Position numbers and translations under genes: made by a program. From assembly GCA_044229975.1 (NCBI GenBank), contig JBGARZ010000005.1, positions 352,001 through 416,000 on the forward strand: a stretch of 64,000 nt of DNA, given 5' to 3'. The notes under the pieces are model-generated. The model did not search any database, had not been told where the DNA came from, and worked only from the letters and a program-made list of their open reading frames with translations. The stretch's first letter is position 1. The number at the start of each line of letters is the position of its first letter. Of the stretch, positions 1 through 9,676 are shown in pieces. Origin of the DNA: Polyangiales bacterium. Its GTDB lineage: Bacteria; Myxococcota_A; Polyangia; Polyangiales; Ga0077539.

Positions 1-1
1 T

Positions 2-292
2 TCCCGTCTCGGCGGAGAAGAGCACCTCGCCGTCGCAGATCACCCGGTCGGGCGTGACCACCGTGCCGCGCAGCCGCACGAAGCGCGTGTTGCCGGTCGC
101 GGGCGTGCACGCCGCAAAGGCGTCGGGGCAGGTCTCCGTCGCCACGCCCATCGCCGCGTCGCTCGGGACGACGGCCGCCTCCCTCGGGACGTCGACCGCG
201 GGCGTCGATGCGTCGGGCGCGTCGGCAGGGGGTGACGAACAGCCGAGCACGAGCCCGATCAACACCAGACATCGGAGCAGGCTTCTCGGCAT
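2..292 (-). CDS. Lipoprotein, probable amidohydrolase-family N-terminus (runs off the window edge)
   Basis: Manual translation: MPRSLLRCLVLIGLVLGC (lipobox), D/A/P-rich linker, then VRLRGTVVTPDRVICDGEVLF, resembling the N-terminal beta-sandwich of amidohydrolases. Not in the ORF track because it is partial. Confidence 0.55.
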   Translation of the reverse strand, partial: MPRSLLRCLVLIGLVLGCSSPPADAPDASTPAVDVPREAAVVPSDAAMGVATETCPDAFAACTPATGNTRFVRLRGTVVTPDRVICDGEVLFSAETG

Positions 293-559
293 GGAGCGAT
301 CGTTGTCCGATCGACGCGGCGTTGTCTACGCGCTACTCGGCGCCCATCACGCCCGCGGCGAGCGCGGCGAAAAGGAGGGCGAGAGCGCGGAGGCCGATCG
401 AGGGCATGGCGCGCACGCTACGGGGGCGAAGACACGGTGACGTGACGAACCCGCGACGACCTCGGCATGTGACAGCCGTGTGTGCTGCGTGAAGCTACGG
501 TGAGATTGCCTCCGCGCCCTTGTGCGAGCCCGACCACCCCGCGTACGTCCGCGCGGCCC

Positions 560-1999
560 ATGAGACCCCTGCGAGCTTGCGCGATCGCGGTCGGACTGCT
601 GCTCGCCTGCGCGGGTCCCGGCGACGATCGCGACGCGCTGCTCCGCTCCGCCTTCACGCGCACCGATGCCTCGCTGCTGGCCCAGCGGCCCGCCCTCATG
701 GCCGGTCGCTACACCCTGATGAGCGCGTCGCCGGTGGCGTTCTATCGGGGCTCGCTCTCGCTCTTCCTCCGTGATTGGCGCGACGGGGCGATGGACCTCT
801 CGCGCTCGGCCTTCGCCGTCGACGCCCCGATGCCCATCGGCGTCGGCGACCCCCACGTCGAGAACTTCGGCGCGCTCCAGGCCCGCGACGGCACGCTCGC
901 GCTCGAACCCAACGACCTCGACGCCGCCGACCGCGTCCCATACCTCTGGGACCTGCGCCGCCTCACGGTCGGCCTCTGCGTCGCGGCCTTCACCGCCAAC
1001 CCCGACGACCCGACCGCCCGGCAGGCTTCCACGGCCGCCGCGCGCGACATCGCCCGCGAGGCAGCGCTCGCCTACGCCGCCGCGATCCAGCCACGGGCAC
1101 CCGAGGCGCGCGTCACCGAAGGCGGCGGCGTGCCGGTGCTGGACGACCTCTTCCGTCGTGGTCAGCGCGACGCCCAGCGGCGCGCGGAGCTCGACGAGCT
1201 CACCGTGGTGACCGCGGGCGCGCGGCGACTGCGGCGAGGGCCACCCGACGCCTCCGAGCCGACGAGCGCGCTGGCCGACCTTCCCCCGTGGGCGATGGAC
1301 TCGCTGCCCGATCTCTTCGCCCGCTATCGCTCGACGCTCACGTCACCGCCAGACCTCAGGTACTTCGCGGTGCTCGACGCGGCGAGACAGTTCGGCAGCG
1401 GCGTCGCCAGCTGGCCGCGGGTGCGACTGCTCGTGCTGCTGCGGGGCCCGACCGACGCGGACGAGGACGACGTCATCGTCGAGGTCAAGGAGCAGACCGA
1501 CTCCATCACCCCCGGCGGACCACCGCCGACCGTGTACTTCGACGACATCCCGTCCCGCGTGGCGGCCGCTCGCGCGACGCTGTGGTCACGCCCCGACGCT
1601 GACCCGCTCTGGGGGACGACGACGTGGTTCGGCCTCGCGGTGCAGGTGCGAACCGAGTCCGAAGCCCACAAGGGCGTTCGCATCGACCGCCTCACGGGCG
1701 CGGCCGGAACACCCGACGCACTCCGCGGTCTGGCGCGCGTCCTGGGCGCGATGCTCGCGCGTGCTCACCGGCGCTCGCTCCCCACGCCCGCGCCGCAGGC
1801 CGCGGTCGTCGCGCGTTCTCCGTCCGCTTTCGTCGACGAACAGGCCGAGGTCTCCATGCGCTACGTCGCCCAGGTGATGCACGACTGGCAGCGCTTCGGC
1901 GCCCTCGTTCGCACGGCGGGCCCGACGCTCGGCTTCCGGGCGCTACCCGACGACGCTCCGTCGTCTCCGGTACATGCCCTCTTCGGAGTAGCGCCATGA
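560..1999 (+). CDS. DUF2252 family (kinase-like) protein with lipoprotein signal
   Basis: MSASPVAFYRGS, GDPHVENFG, NDLD, WDLRRL, GSGVAS and EVKE motifs; ATG 560 gives the signal MRPLRACAIAVGLLLAC. Confidence 0.8.
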   Translation: MRPLRACAIAVGLLLACAGPGDDRDALLRSAFTRTDASLLAQRPALMAGRYTLMSASPVAFYRGSLSLFLRDWRDGAMDLSRSAFAVDAPMPIGVGDPHVENFGALQARDGTLALEPNDLDAADRVPYLWDLRRLTVGLCVAAFTANPDDPTARQASTAAARDIAREAALAYAAAIQPRAPEARVTEGGGVPVLDDLFRRGQRDAQRRAELDELTVVTAGARRLRRGPPDASEPTSALADLPPWAMDSLPDLFARYRSTLTSPPDLRYFAVLDAARQFGSGVASWPRVRLLVLLRGPTDADEDDVIVEVKEQTDSITPGGPPPTVYFDDIPSRVAAARATLWSRPDADPLWGTTTWFGLAVQVRTESEAHKGVRIDRLTGAAGTPDALRGLARVLGAMLARAHRRSLPTPAPQAAVVARSPSAFVDEQAEVSMRYVAQVMHDWQRFGALVRTAGPTLGFRALPDDAPSSPVHALFGVAP

Positions 2000-3063
2000 G
2001 TCGCTCCCTCGCCCTCGTCTCCTTCGCGCTCATGCTCGCGCCCCTCGCGGCGGGCGCCCAGGTCACTCCCCTGCAGGCGCCCAACGCCACGGCGGCGGGC
2101 AGCACGGGGCTCGCGGTTCGCCCGGGTGTGGAGGTGTTCGCGCAGTACGCGCTCCGGTTGACCAACACCGACTCGGGCACCGACACCGTCCACGACTTCG
2201 ACGTGCCGCGCACCCACGCGTCGCTGTCCGCGTCGTTCGAGCAAGTGCGCGCCCGCGTGGTGCTGGAGGCCGTGCGCTCGGCCTCCGAGGGATCGCTCCT
2301 CGGGGTGGGCGGCGACAGCCTCATCCTCCGCCTGCGTGAAGCGTGGGGCGGCTGGCAATCGCCCCGTTTCGACGTCCGCGCGGGTGTCACCCCGACGCTC
2401 ACCCTCCCGGAGATCGAGTCCACCTGGGGGTTGCGCGCCGTCGCGCCGACGCCGCTGGAGTCGACGCGCCTCGTCGCGCCGGCCGACCTCGGCGTGACCG
2501 TGCGCGTCGCGCTGCCAGGTGGCTACGGCGCCGTCGCGGTGGGCGCCTTCAACGGCGAGGGCTACGCGCAGCGGGAGTTCAACCGCAGCAAGAACGTCGA
2601 GGCCATGGCCGTCGTGCGCCCCGCGCCGTCGGGTGTGCTGCAGCCGCTCTGTGTTCTCGCGTCGTACCTCGTCGGGACGTCCGGGGCCGGCGACGTGCGG
2701 GCCGACCGCGCGACGGGCGCCATCCTGTGGCGAGGCACACGAGTACGCGGCGGCGTGTCGTTCACGTATGCGTGGGGCGTCGACGATCGCGGCGATCGCA
2801 ACGGGTGGCTCGCCGAGGGCTTCGTGGCGGCCGAGCCGGTGGGCGCGCTGCTCCTCGGGGCGCGTGTCCTGCGCTGGCGACGGGACGACGGCGTCGACAC
2901 CGACCACGTCACGACCATCGTCGCCACGGCGGGCTGGCGGGTCGCGCGCCCGTGGGAGGTCTTCGTCGCGGGCACCCGATCGATCCCTGGGGCGCGCGCC
3001 GTCCTGGCCGTCCCCGCGTCGGACTTCTGGGACCTGCGCGTCGTGTCGCGGCTGGTCTTCTGA
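1996..3063 (+). CDS. Outer-membrane beta-barrel / porin-like protein
   Basis: Signal peptide, amphipathic strands, LREAW and GAFNGEG motifs as in OprO/P-like porins, terminal Phe; ATGA overlap with the upstream gene. Confidence 0.65.
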   Translation: MSRSLALVSFALMLAPLAAGAQVTPLQAPNATAAGSTGLAVRPGVEVFAQYALRLTNTDSGTDTVHDFDVPRTHASLSASFEQVRARVVLEAVRSASEGSLLGVGGDSLILRLREAWGGWQSPRFDVRAGVTPTLTLPEIESTWGLRAVAPTPLESTRLVAPADLGVTVRVALPGGYGAVAVGAFNGEGYAQREFNRSKNVEAMAVVRPAPSGVLQPLCVLASYLVGTSGAGDVRADRATGAILWRGTRVRGGVSFTYAWGVDDRGDRNGWLAEGFVAAEPVGALLLGARVLRWRRDDGVDTDHVTTIVATAGWRVARPWEVFVAGTRSIPGARAVLAVPASDFWDLRVVSRLVF

Positions 3064-3092
3064 CTTCAGTTCCCCTCTCGAAGGACCATTCG

Positions 3093-3758
3093 ATGAAGCA
3101 CCTCTCCATCGCCCTCGCGCTCCTCGCCGCTGGTTGCTCCGAGCAGCGCATCGACGCCCTCGTCATCGCCGACACCGGGGTCGACGTCCCGACCACGGCC
3201 GCGCCGATGGACGTCGGCACCGTCACCGCGACCGACGCCGGAACCATCGTCGCGACCGACACCCCGACGACGACGACCCGCGACGTGGGCGCGGGCGGGG
3301 CACTGGTCATCAACGAGATCCGCGCGGTGGGCGAGGAGTGGGTCGAGCTCTTCAACGCGGGCGCCTCACCGGTCGACCTATCAGACGTGATGGTGACCGA
3401 CACGGAGACCGACGACGGCGGCCCGCGGGTGTCGCGCGCGATGCGCTTTCCGCGCGGGACGATGCTCTCGCCGGGTCAGTACGTGGTGATCGTCTCGGAC
3501 CAGGCCGACGCTGGATCAGGACCGCAGACGCGTTGTCCCGACGGCGGTCCGACGACCTGCTTCCACGCGAGCTGGAGCTTGAGCGCGAGCCGCGGCGAAA
3601 ACGTCTGGGTGCTCTCTGCCACCGGCGTCGTGACGGCCCGCGAGCTGTACCCGATGGAGGCCGCGCCCGAGGGTCAGGCGTGGGGCCGCGTGCCCGACGG
3701 CACCGGGTCGTTTGCGCCCGTCCGTCCGACGCCGGGCGCGGTGAACGTCCGTCCGTGA
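3093..3758 (+). CDS. Lamin-tail-domain (LTD) lipoprotein
   Basis: AAGGA RBS; lipobox LAAGC; LVINEI...EWVELFN...VDLS...WGRVPDG...PTPGAVN. Confidence 0.8.
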   Translation: MKHLSIALALLAAGCSEQRIDALVIADTGVDVPTTAAPMDVGTVTATDAGTIVATDTPTTTTRDVGAGGALVINEIRAVGEEWVELFNAGASPVDLSDVMVTDTETDDGGPRVSRAMRFPRGTMLSPGQYVVIVSDQADAGSGPQTRCPDGGPTTCFHASWSLSASRGENVWVLSATGVVTARELYPMEAAPEGQAWGRVPDGTGSFAPVRPTPGAVNVRP

Positions 3759-3817
3759 CAGTCGTCGACGAGACCGTCAGTCGAGCACCGAAAGATGAGC
3801 GCGGACGCTTCGACGGC

Positions 3818-4288
3818 CTACCGATCGCAGACCACCTGCCACGCGCCGCTGGAGCAGATGATGTCTTCACCCCCGTCGCGCGGGAAGACGCCGAAGCTCG
3901 CGCAGCGGACGTACCCGAGCCACTCGCGGGTACCGTCTGGCGGCGGCGAAGCGCTGTTCCAGACGAAGTAGTAGCTCGCGCCGTCGGGTGCGCGGGCGTA
4001 GCCGTGCCACACCTCCACGTCCAACAGGTACGACTGCCGCGCCGTCCAGAACGCGCGGCCCGCGCGAACGGCCTCGACCGCACACCGCCGCGACGAGGCT
4101 TGATCTTCAGCGGCAAGAACGCGCCCGCAGAACGTGGCTTCGGGCCCAGCGATCGCGACCAACGCAGGGTCGAGCGCGCACGACGCGCCGCCGTCTCGCG
4201 CGGAGGGTGGCGCGAGCCCGGTCGACGTCCCGCACCCGGCGAGGATCGCGCACGTCGCGACCCACGACCGACCGATGCAGACGCCCAT
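3818..4288 (-). CDS. Hypothetical Cys-containing lipoprotein
   Basis: Lipobox ILAGC after ATG 4288; TGn-TACGCT box 8 nt upstream. Confidence 0.6.
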   Translation of the reverse strand: MGVCIGRSWVATCAILAGCGTSTGLAPPSARDGGASCALDPALVAIAGPEATFCGRVLAAEDQASSRRCAVEAVRAGRAFWTARQSYLLDVEVWHGYARAPDGASYYFVWNSASPPPDGTREWLGYVRCASFGVFPRDGGEDIICSSGAWQVVCDR

Positions 4289-4384
4289 GGAGGCGGAGCG
4301 TATCACCGCCGGGCGTTCGCTCCGGTGGGCCTTCCGCGACGTCGGCGCTCGACAGCGCGTGAGACCAGAGCGACAGGGATCACG

Positions 4385-4744
4385 ATGAGCTCCTTCCGTC
4401 GCAACATCCGCCCACACGTCGACGCCGAACTCCGAGCCGCGGCGGCGGCCGATGCCGAAGGTCGCGCGAGCGATGCCTTCGCCCACCTGGAGCGCGCGCA
4501 CGTGCTCGGTCAGGCGTCGACCATCGAGCACGTCCGGGTACACGGCCGCATGCTGCTCTGGGGCGTGCGGCACGGCGACGCGCGAGAGTGCGTCGGTCAG
4601 GTGATCCGCATCGCCGGCGCCGCCACGAAGACGGCGTTTGGCATGGTGCCGCACGGCAACACGGGCGGCGCCAACGTCAGCCCGGTCGCCCGTATGGCCG
4701 TCCCGCCAGACCTCGCGGCGCGCATCCGCGAAGCGCAGTCGTAG
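4385..4744 (+). CDS. DUF3703 family protein
   Basis: AFAHLERAHVLGQ...H..H..ML...GQ..R...P.GNTGGANVSP signature. Confidence 0.85.
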   Translation: MSSFRRNIRPHVDAELRAAAAADAEGRASDAFAHLERAHVLGQASTIEHVRVHGRMLLWGVRHGDARECVGQVIRIAGAATKTAFGMVPHGNTGGANVSPVARMAVPPDLAARIREAQS

Positions 4745-4843
4745 CGAGCGCTCAGCTCACCGACCTTGTCGAGCGCGGGCCATCGCCCGCAACGGCGCAC
4801 GTCGCGGAGCGCCGTCGCCGCCCGGGCGGTCGAGGACGCTCTT

Positions 4844-5101
4844 TCAGCGAACGATGCTGGTCTCGCCCGTCGTCGTGGCGTTGCGGCGCACTTCGAGCCG
4901 GTACCGGCTGTTGGTGGTCTGGAGGTAGTAGACCTCTTCGCCGGCGACCCGGAGGATGCGTCGCACCGGCGTGGTCACGTACTCGTGCAGCCCGTCGGGG
5001 AACTCGATGACCACGACCTGACCCCGTCGCGGAGAGCGCACGAGGCGACCTACCACCGGGCGGCCAGGCTTCGGACCAAGCTTGCGGAGCACGACCTCCA
5101 C
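4844..5101 (-). CDS. Small hypothetical beta-rich protein
   Basis: 85-aa ORF with protein-like composition (VVVIEFPDG, YYLQTTNSRYRL); TGn-TAGCGT box upstream. Confidence 0.6.
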   Translation of the reverse strand: MEVVLRKLGPKPGRPVVGRLVRSPRRGQVVVIEFPDGLHEYVTTPVRRILRVAGEEVYYLQTTNSRYRLEVRRNATTTGETSIVR

Positions 5102-5264
5102 GACGGGAAAACGCTAGCACAGGGCCCCGCGCGATCGCACGACCATCCCGAACCAAATCCACGACGCTCGTCACCCCCTCCCCACCCGTCACCCCTTGCG
5201 CTAGTCATCTGCGCCCTGCCCTTTGACAGATCCGTCCAAAGTCCTGACACGCCCCGCCAAGGTC

Positions 5265-7766
5265 GTGACGCATGCCCGACGCCCGCGGGTGCGTCGCACG
5301 AGCATCAGCTTCGGCGCGCTCATCGACCGATGGTTCGCGCAGCGCGGAGACCACCCGACGGCGGTGCAGCGCTCGGTCTTCGCGGCCTACGCCGAGGGTC
5401 GCCCGCTGCTGGTCACGGCGCCGACCGGGAGCGGCAAGACGGCGGCCGTGATGCTCCCGCTGCTCGCCGATCTCATCGCCCACGCGACGGACGAGCCCTC
5501 CGGGGTGAGCGTGCTCTACCTCGCCCCGGTGCGCGCGTTGTCGGCGACGCAGTCCGACGCCATCACCGCGATGATCGCCTCCCTCGGCGGCGGTCTGCGC
5601 GTGGCGCAGCGCACCGGCGACACCACCGCGACGCAGCGCACCGCCCAGCGCAACCGCCCGCCCGATGTGCTGCTCACCACACCCGAGTCACTCGCGGTGC
5701 TGCTCGCGGGTCCTGGGGCGGCGATGCTCACGCGGGTGCGCGCGGTGGTGCTCGACGAGCTGCACCTCCTCGCGACCGGCAAGCGCGGCGCCCTCCTCTC
5801 CACCACCCTCGCGCTCCTCGACACCTGGACCGCCCTCCACGAAGCCCCCGCCCCGCGTCGCTTCGCCATGAGCGCGACGGTGCGCCCGCTCGACGCGCTC
5901 GCCGCGTGGGTGCACGCCGACACCCGCGTGATCGCCGTCGCCAACGACACGCCCGCGCAGCTCCGCATCACCGATCCGCCGATGGAACAGGCCTTTCCCG
6001 ACGGGTCGTGGGCGTGGCGCAAGGTGCTCCCCATGATCGCGCGCCAGGTCGCCGCCACCGATGGAACCACCCTGCTCTTCGTCGGCGCCCGCACCCGCGC
6101 CGAGCTGTGGGCCGTTGCGCTGCGCGATGTCCTCCCGGCGCGCCTCGGGGTCGCGTGCTTCCACGGGTCGCTCTCGTTGGAGGAGCGCGCGCGCGTGGCC
6201 GACGAACTGCGCGCGGGAACCGTCCACGTCGTCGTCGCCACCAGCGCCCTGGAGGTCGGCGTCGATCTGCCCGCGGTGAAGCGGGTGCTCGTGCTCGGCG
6301 CGCCCGCGGCGACGTCGCGGCTGTTGCAGGCGGCGGGTCGCGCCGACCACCGCCCGGGTGTGGCGGCGCGGGCCGAGCTCATCCCGACGAGCGCCCTTGA
6401 TGCGGTGCGCTGCGCTGCCGTGATTCGCGCGGCGGAGAGCGGGGACATCGAGCCGCTCACGTTGCGCGAGGGCGACCTCGACGTGGCGGTGCAGGCGGCG
6501 CTCGGTCGCTTGCAGTTGCGGTCGGCGAGCGCGGCGTCGGTGGGAGATTTCCTGCGCGCATCACCGACGCTGCGCGGGCTGTCGGACGACGACCTCGGGC
6601 GGGTGATGGGCTACCTCGCGCACGGCGGCGACGCGCTCGCGGCGTACCCCGAGATGGCGCGCGCGGTGACTGACGGTGAGCACTGGGCCATCAGCGGAAA
6701 GCGCTCCGAGCGACGCTACCGCCAGGGCATCGGAACCATCGTCGGCGACGTCTCGGTGGAGGTTCATCACGGGCGGAGGGTGGTGGGTCAGCTCGACGGG
6801 CGCTTCGCGGTGTCGCTGGAGGTGGGCGACCGCTTCGTCCTCGGTGGCAGGAAGTGGCGGGTGACGGCGCGGACCAACGACGCCATCGTGGTGCGCCCCG
6901 ACCGCAGCCCCGAGCGAGCGCTCCCCGCGTGGATGGGACAGCGCCAGGCCCAGAGCGCGCAGGTGGCCGAGTCCGTGGAGGCGCTGTGGTCGGAGCTCGA
7001 AGCGCTGGCCGCGGCGGACGACGGCGGCGAGCGCATCGCCGAACGCCTCGCGGTGCACCCGGTGACCGCGGGTGCGGTGTGTTCGCTGGTGCGGGCGCAG
7101 GTGAGGCGGTCGTCGGTTCCGGGGCCCGATCGCTTCGTGGTGGAGCTGCATCGTGATGGCGAGCGGGCGCATCTGGTGGCGTTCACCTTCGCGGGATCGA
7201 TGGCCAACGAGCTCATCGCGCGCGCGGTGGCCTCACGGTATCGCGACGCGACGGGTGAGCCCGCGGCGGTGACCGCGTTCGACGAGGCGGTGTGCGTGAC
7301 GGCCGACGCACGACTCGCAGCGGCGTCACGCGAGACGCTGGGGCAATGGTTTGCGCCGGAAGGATTGCGCGCCGATGCGATGCGCGCGCTCCACGATGGC
7401 GTGCTGAGCGGGGCGTACTTCCGCGAGGTCGCGCGGGTGTCGCAGCTCTGGCTGCCGGGGGGAAAACCGGGCGCCGCGACGCCGGGGTTGCTGCACGACG
7501 TGTTGCGCAAGCACGACCCGGGGCACGTGTTGTTGCGGGCGCTCGACCACACACTCTGGACGTCGCTCGAAGGGGAGCGGGCGCTCGACGTGCTGGCCGA
7601 TCGGGCGGGGCGGCGGTGGCACCTGCACCGGATGGACGGGCCGTCGCCGCTGAGCATCCCGGCGCGAACGTGGATGGACCGCGACGCCGTGCGCGGCGAC
7701 GACCCCGAGCGCGCGCTCTTGGACGCGGCGAACCGACTCTTCCAGGCGACGCTGGCGGGCGGCTGA
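5265..7766 (+). CDS. lhr: Lhr-core DEXH-box helicase (ligase-associated DNA damage response type)
   Basis: APTGSGKT, TTPESL, DELH, SAT, HGSLS, ATSALEVGVD, QAAGRADH. Start uncertain: GTG 5265 chosen because the track's TTG 5223 lies inside a TTGACA. Confidence 0.85.
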   Translation: MTHARRPRVRRTSISFGALIDRWFAQRGDHPTAVQRSVFAAYAEGRPLLVTAPTGSGKTAAVMLPLLADLIAHATDEPSGVSVLYLAPVRALSATQSDAITAMIASLGGGLRVAQRTGDTTATQRTAQRNRPPDVLLTTPESLAVLLAGPGAAMLTRVRAVVLDELHLLATGKRGALLSTTLALLDTWTALHEAPAPRRFAMSATVRPLDALAAWVHADTRVIAVANDTPAQLRITDPPMEQAFPDGSWAWRKVLPMIARQVAATDGTTLLFVGARTRAELWAVALRDVLPARLGVACFHGSLSLEERARVADELRAGTVHVVVATSALEVGVDLPAVKRVLVLGAPAATSRLLQAAGRADHRPGVAARAELIPTSALDAVRCAAVIRAAESGDIEPLTLREGDLDVAVQAALGRLQLRSASAASVGDFLRASPTLRGLSDDDLGRVMGYLAHGGDALAAYPEMARAVTDGEHWAISGKRSERRYRQGIGTIVGDVSVEVHHGRRVVGQLDGRFAVSLEVGDRFVLGGRKWRVTARTNDAIVVRPDRSPERALPAWMGQRQAQSAQVAESVEALWSELEALAAADDGGERIAERLAVHPVTAGAVCSLVRAQVRRSSVPGPDRFVVELHRDGERAHLVAFTFAGSMANELIARAVASRYRDATGEPAAVTAFDEAVCVTADARLAAASRETLGQWFAPEGLRADAMRALHDGVLSGAYFREVARVSQLWLPGGKPGAATPGLLHDVLRKHDPGHVLLRALDHTLWTSLEGERALDVLADRAGRRWHLHRMDGPSPLSIPARTWMDRDAVRGDDPERALLDAANRLFQATLAGG

Positions 7767-7785
7767 AGCAGTATCCTCGCGCGCC

Positions 7786-8619
7786 ATGTCGACCACCCGC
7801 ACCGTCGAGGCCAACGGCGTCCGCTTCCACGTCATCGAGGAGGGCAGCGGGCCGCTGGTGCTGTTGATCCACGGCTTCCCGGACACGGCGCACACCTGGG
7901 ACGACGTGCGGCCCGCGCTCGCGGCCGCGGGGTACCGGGCGGTGTCTCCCAACACGCGCGGGTATGCGCCGACGGAGGTTCCGGCGGATGGGCGCTACGA
8001 CAGCGATGCGCTGGGCCAGGACGCCGTCGCCCTCATCGCCGCGCTCGGCGAGGAGCGCGCGTACGTGGTGGGTCACGACTGGGGCGCGAGCGCGGCGTAC
8101 TCCGCGGCGGTGCTCGCGCCAGAGCGAGTCCGCAAGCTGGTGACGGTGGCGATTCCCCACCCGGCGTCGCTGCGACCGACGCCCGCAAAGGCGTGGGGCG
8201 CGCGGCATTTCGTCACGCTGCGGCTGCCGGGCGCGGTCGAGCGAGCGCGCGCCGGGGACTTCGCGGAGATCGATCGGCTGGTGCGGCGGTGGTCGCCGGC
8301 GTGGGAGGTTCCGGCGGGGGAGACGGCGGCGGTGAAGGAGGCGTTTCGCGCACCGGGCAGCCTCGACGCGGCGCTGGGGTACTACCGGGCGATGCGGCCG
8401 TGGTTGCCGTCGTCGCTGCGGCGGCGCATCGACGTGCCGACGGCGAGCTTCTCGGGCGACACCGACGGCGTGCTCACCCACGACGACTACGAGCGGGCGC
8501 GCTCGTGGTTCAAGCGCTCGTACGAGGTGGTGCGGATGCCGGGCGGACACTTCATGCACCGGGAGCATCCTGAGCGCTTCATCCGCGAGCTGCTCCGGGT
8601 GCTGAAGGACGAGACGTGA
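7786..8619 (+). CDS. Alpha/beta hydrolase (epoxide hydrolase-like)
   Basis: HGFP oxyanion motif, GHDWGA nucleophile, GHFMH catalytic His. Confidence 0.9.
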   Translation: MSTTRTVEANGVRFHVIEEGSGPLVLLIHGFPDTAHTWDDVRPALAAAGYRAVSPNTRGYAPTEVPADGRYDSDALGQDAVALIAALGEERAYVVGHDWGASAAYSAAVLAPERVRKLVTVAIPHPASLRPTPAKAWGARHFVTLRLPGAVERARAGDFAEIDRLVRRWSPAWEVPAGETAAVKEAFRAPGSLDAALGYYRAMRPWLPSSLRRRIDVPTASFSGDTDGVLTHDDYERARSWFKRSYEVVRMPGGHFMHREHPERFIRELLRVLKDET

Positions 8620-8641
8620 TGAGCGGGTCATTTGGCGCTGG

Positions 8642-8871
8642 GGTTCGCGCGTGCGGCCTCAGAACGCGGAGCCAGACCCCGACCGTGAGGGAGGGGACGC
8701 TACTCTCGGACCGCCAGCGACCATCCGAGATTCTCGGCACGCTGAGCCCCCGGACGACGATCATCGGGGGGCACGGTCGGACCGAAGAGACGCGCATTGG
8801 ATCGTCGCAGTCGCGTCCCCTCCCTCACGGTCGGGGTCTGGCTCCGCGTTCTGAGGCCACGCGCGCGAACC
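8642..8871. repeat. REP-doublet (REPIN/MITE-like) inverted repeat
   Basis: Perfect 46-bp inverted repeat, 8655-8700 vs 8813-8858, extending imperfectly to 8642/8871, with a 112-bp spacer. Each arm holds the hairpin CCCCGACC-GTGA-GGGAGGGG. Confidence 0.85.
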
Positions 8872-8896
8872 GCGGAGAGCGACCCGAGACGCCCCC

Positions 8897-9676
8897 ATGC
8901 TGACCCTCGACGACGGCCTCCGCTGCGTCGCGCCCGGTGGGCTCTTCGACCCGGCCACCCGCACGCTCGTCATCGCCGACATCCACGCGGGCTACGTCCG
9001 CACCCTCCAAGCCCGCGGCTACCTCCTCCCCGGCGTCGACGACCGCGAGCTCCTCGCGCGCATCGCCTCCCTCCGCGCTCGCCTCGATCCGGCCACCGTC
9101 GTCATCGCGGGCGACGTCGTCCACGGGGCCTCGTCGCTCCGCCGTGGTGTCGACGGACTCAGCGCGCTCGACCGCCTGCTGTCCGCGCTCGATGGGTGCG
9201 CCGCAGTCATCATCCCCGGCAACCACGACCGCGGCCTCGACGCAGCCCTCGCCGATCGCGACGTCACGGTGTGCGCCCGCTGGTGCTTCGGCCCTCACGT
9301 CGCCATCCACGGCGACGTCGCCGACGAGCTACGCCGCGAGCGCTCTCTCGCATTGAGCGCAGGCGGTCGCGTCGTGCTCGGTCACTACCACCCAGCGCTG
9401 GTGCTGCGTGACGCGCTCGCCACGCGCACCAAGGTGATGGCCTTCGCCTGGGCCGCCGGGCTCGTGTGCGTCCCCGCGCTCACGCCCTTCGCGCGCGGCA
9501 GCGACCTCGTGCTCGACGCCGAGCTCACCGCCGTCGTCGACGCGAGCGAGCTGGAGACCGCGGTCATCGTCGGCGATCGGGTGCTCCCCACCGGGCGCCT
9601 CGACCGGGTGCGCGCGGCGCTGGGACGCGCTCCTCCTCGCGCTCGGGTCAGCGGCGGTCGCAGTTCGCGAAGCTGA
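8897..9676 (+). CDS. pdeM: Metallophosphoesterase, PdeM/Lhr-associated type
   Basis: ADIHAG, GDVVH, GNHD, HGD and GHYHP calcineurin-like motifs; lies near lhr. Confidence 0.8.
   Translation: MLTLDDGLRCVAPGGLFDPATRTLVIADIHAGYVRTLQARGYLLPGVDDRELLARIASLRARLDPATVVIAGDVVHGASSLRRGVDGLSALDRLLSALDGCAAVIIPGNHDRGLDAALADRDVTVCARWCFGPHVAIHGDVADELRRERSLALSAGGRVVLGHYHPALVLRDALATRTKVMAFAWAAGLVCVPALTPFARGSDLVLDAELTAVVDASELETAVIVGDRVLPTGRLDRVRAALGRAPPRARVSGGRSSRS

Noticed and set aside
8579..8982. Small ORFs sharing peptides (PQNAEPDPDREGGDA)
   Set aside because: Translation artefacts of the inverted repeat.
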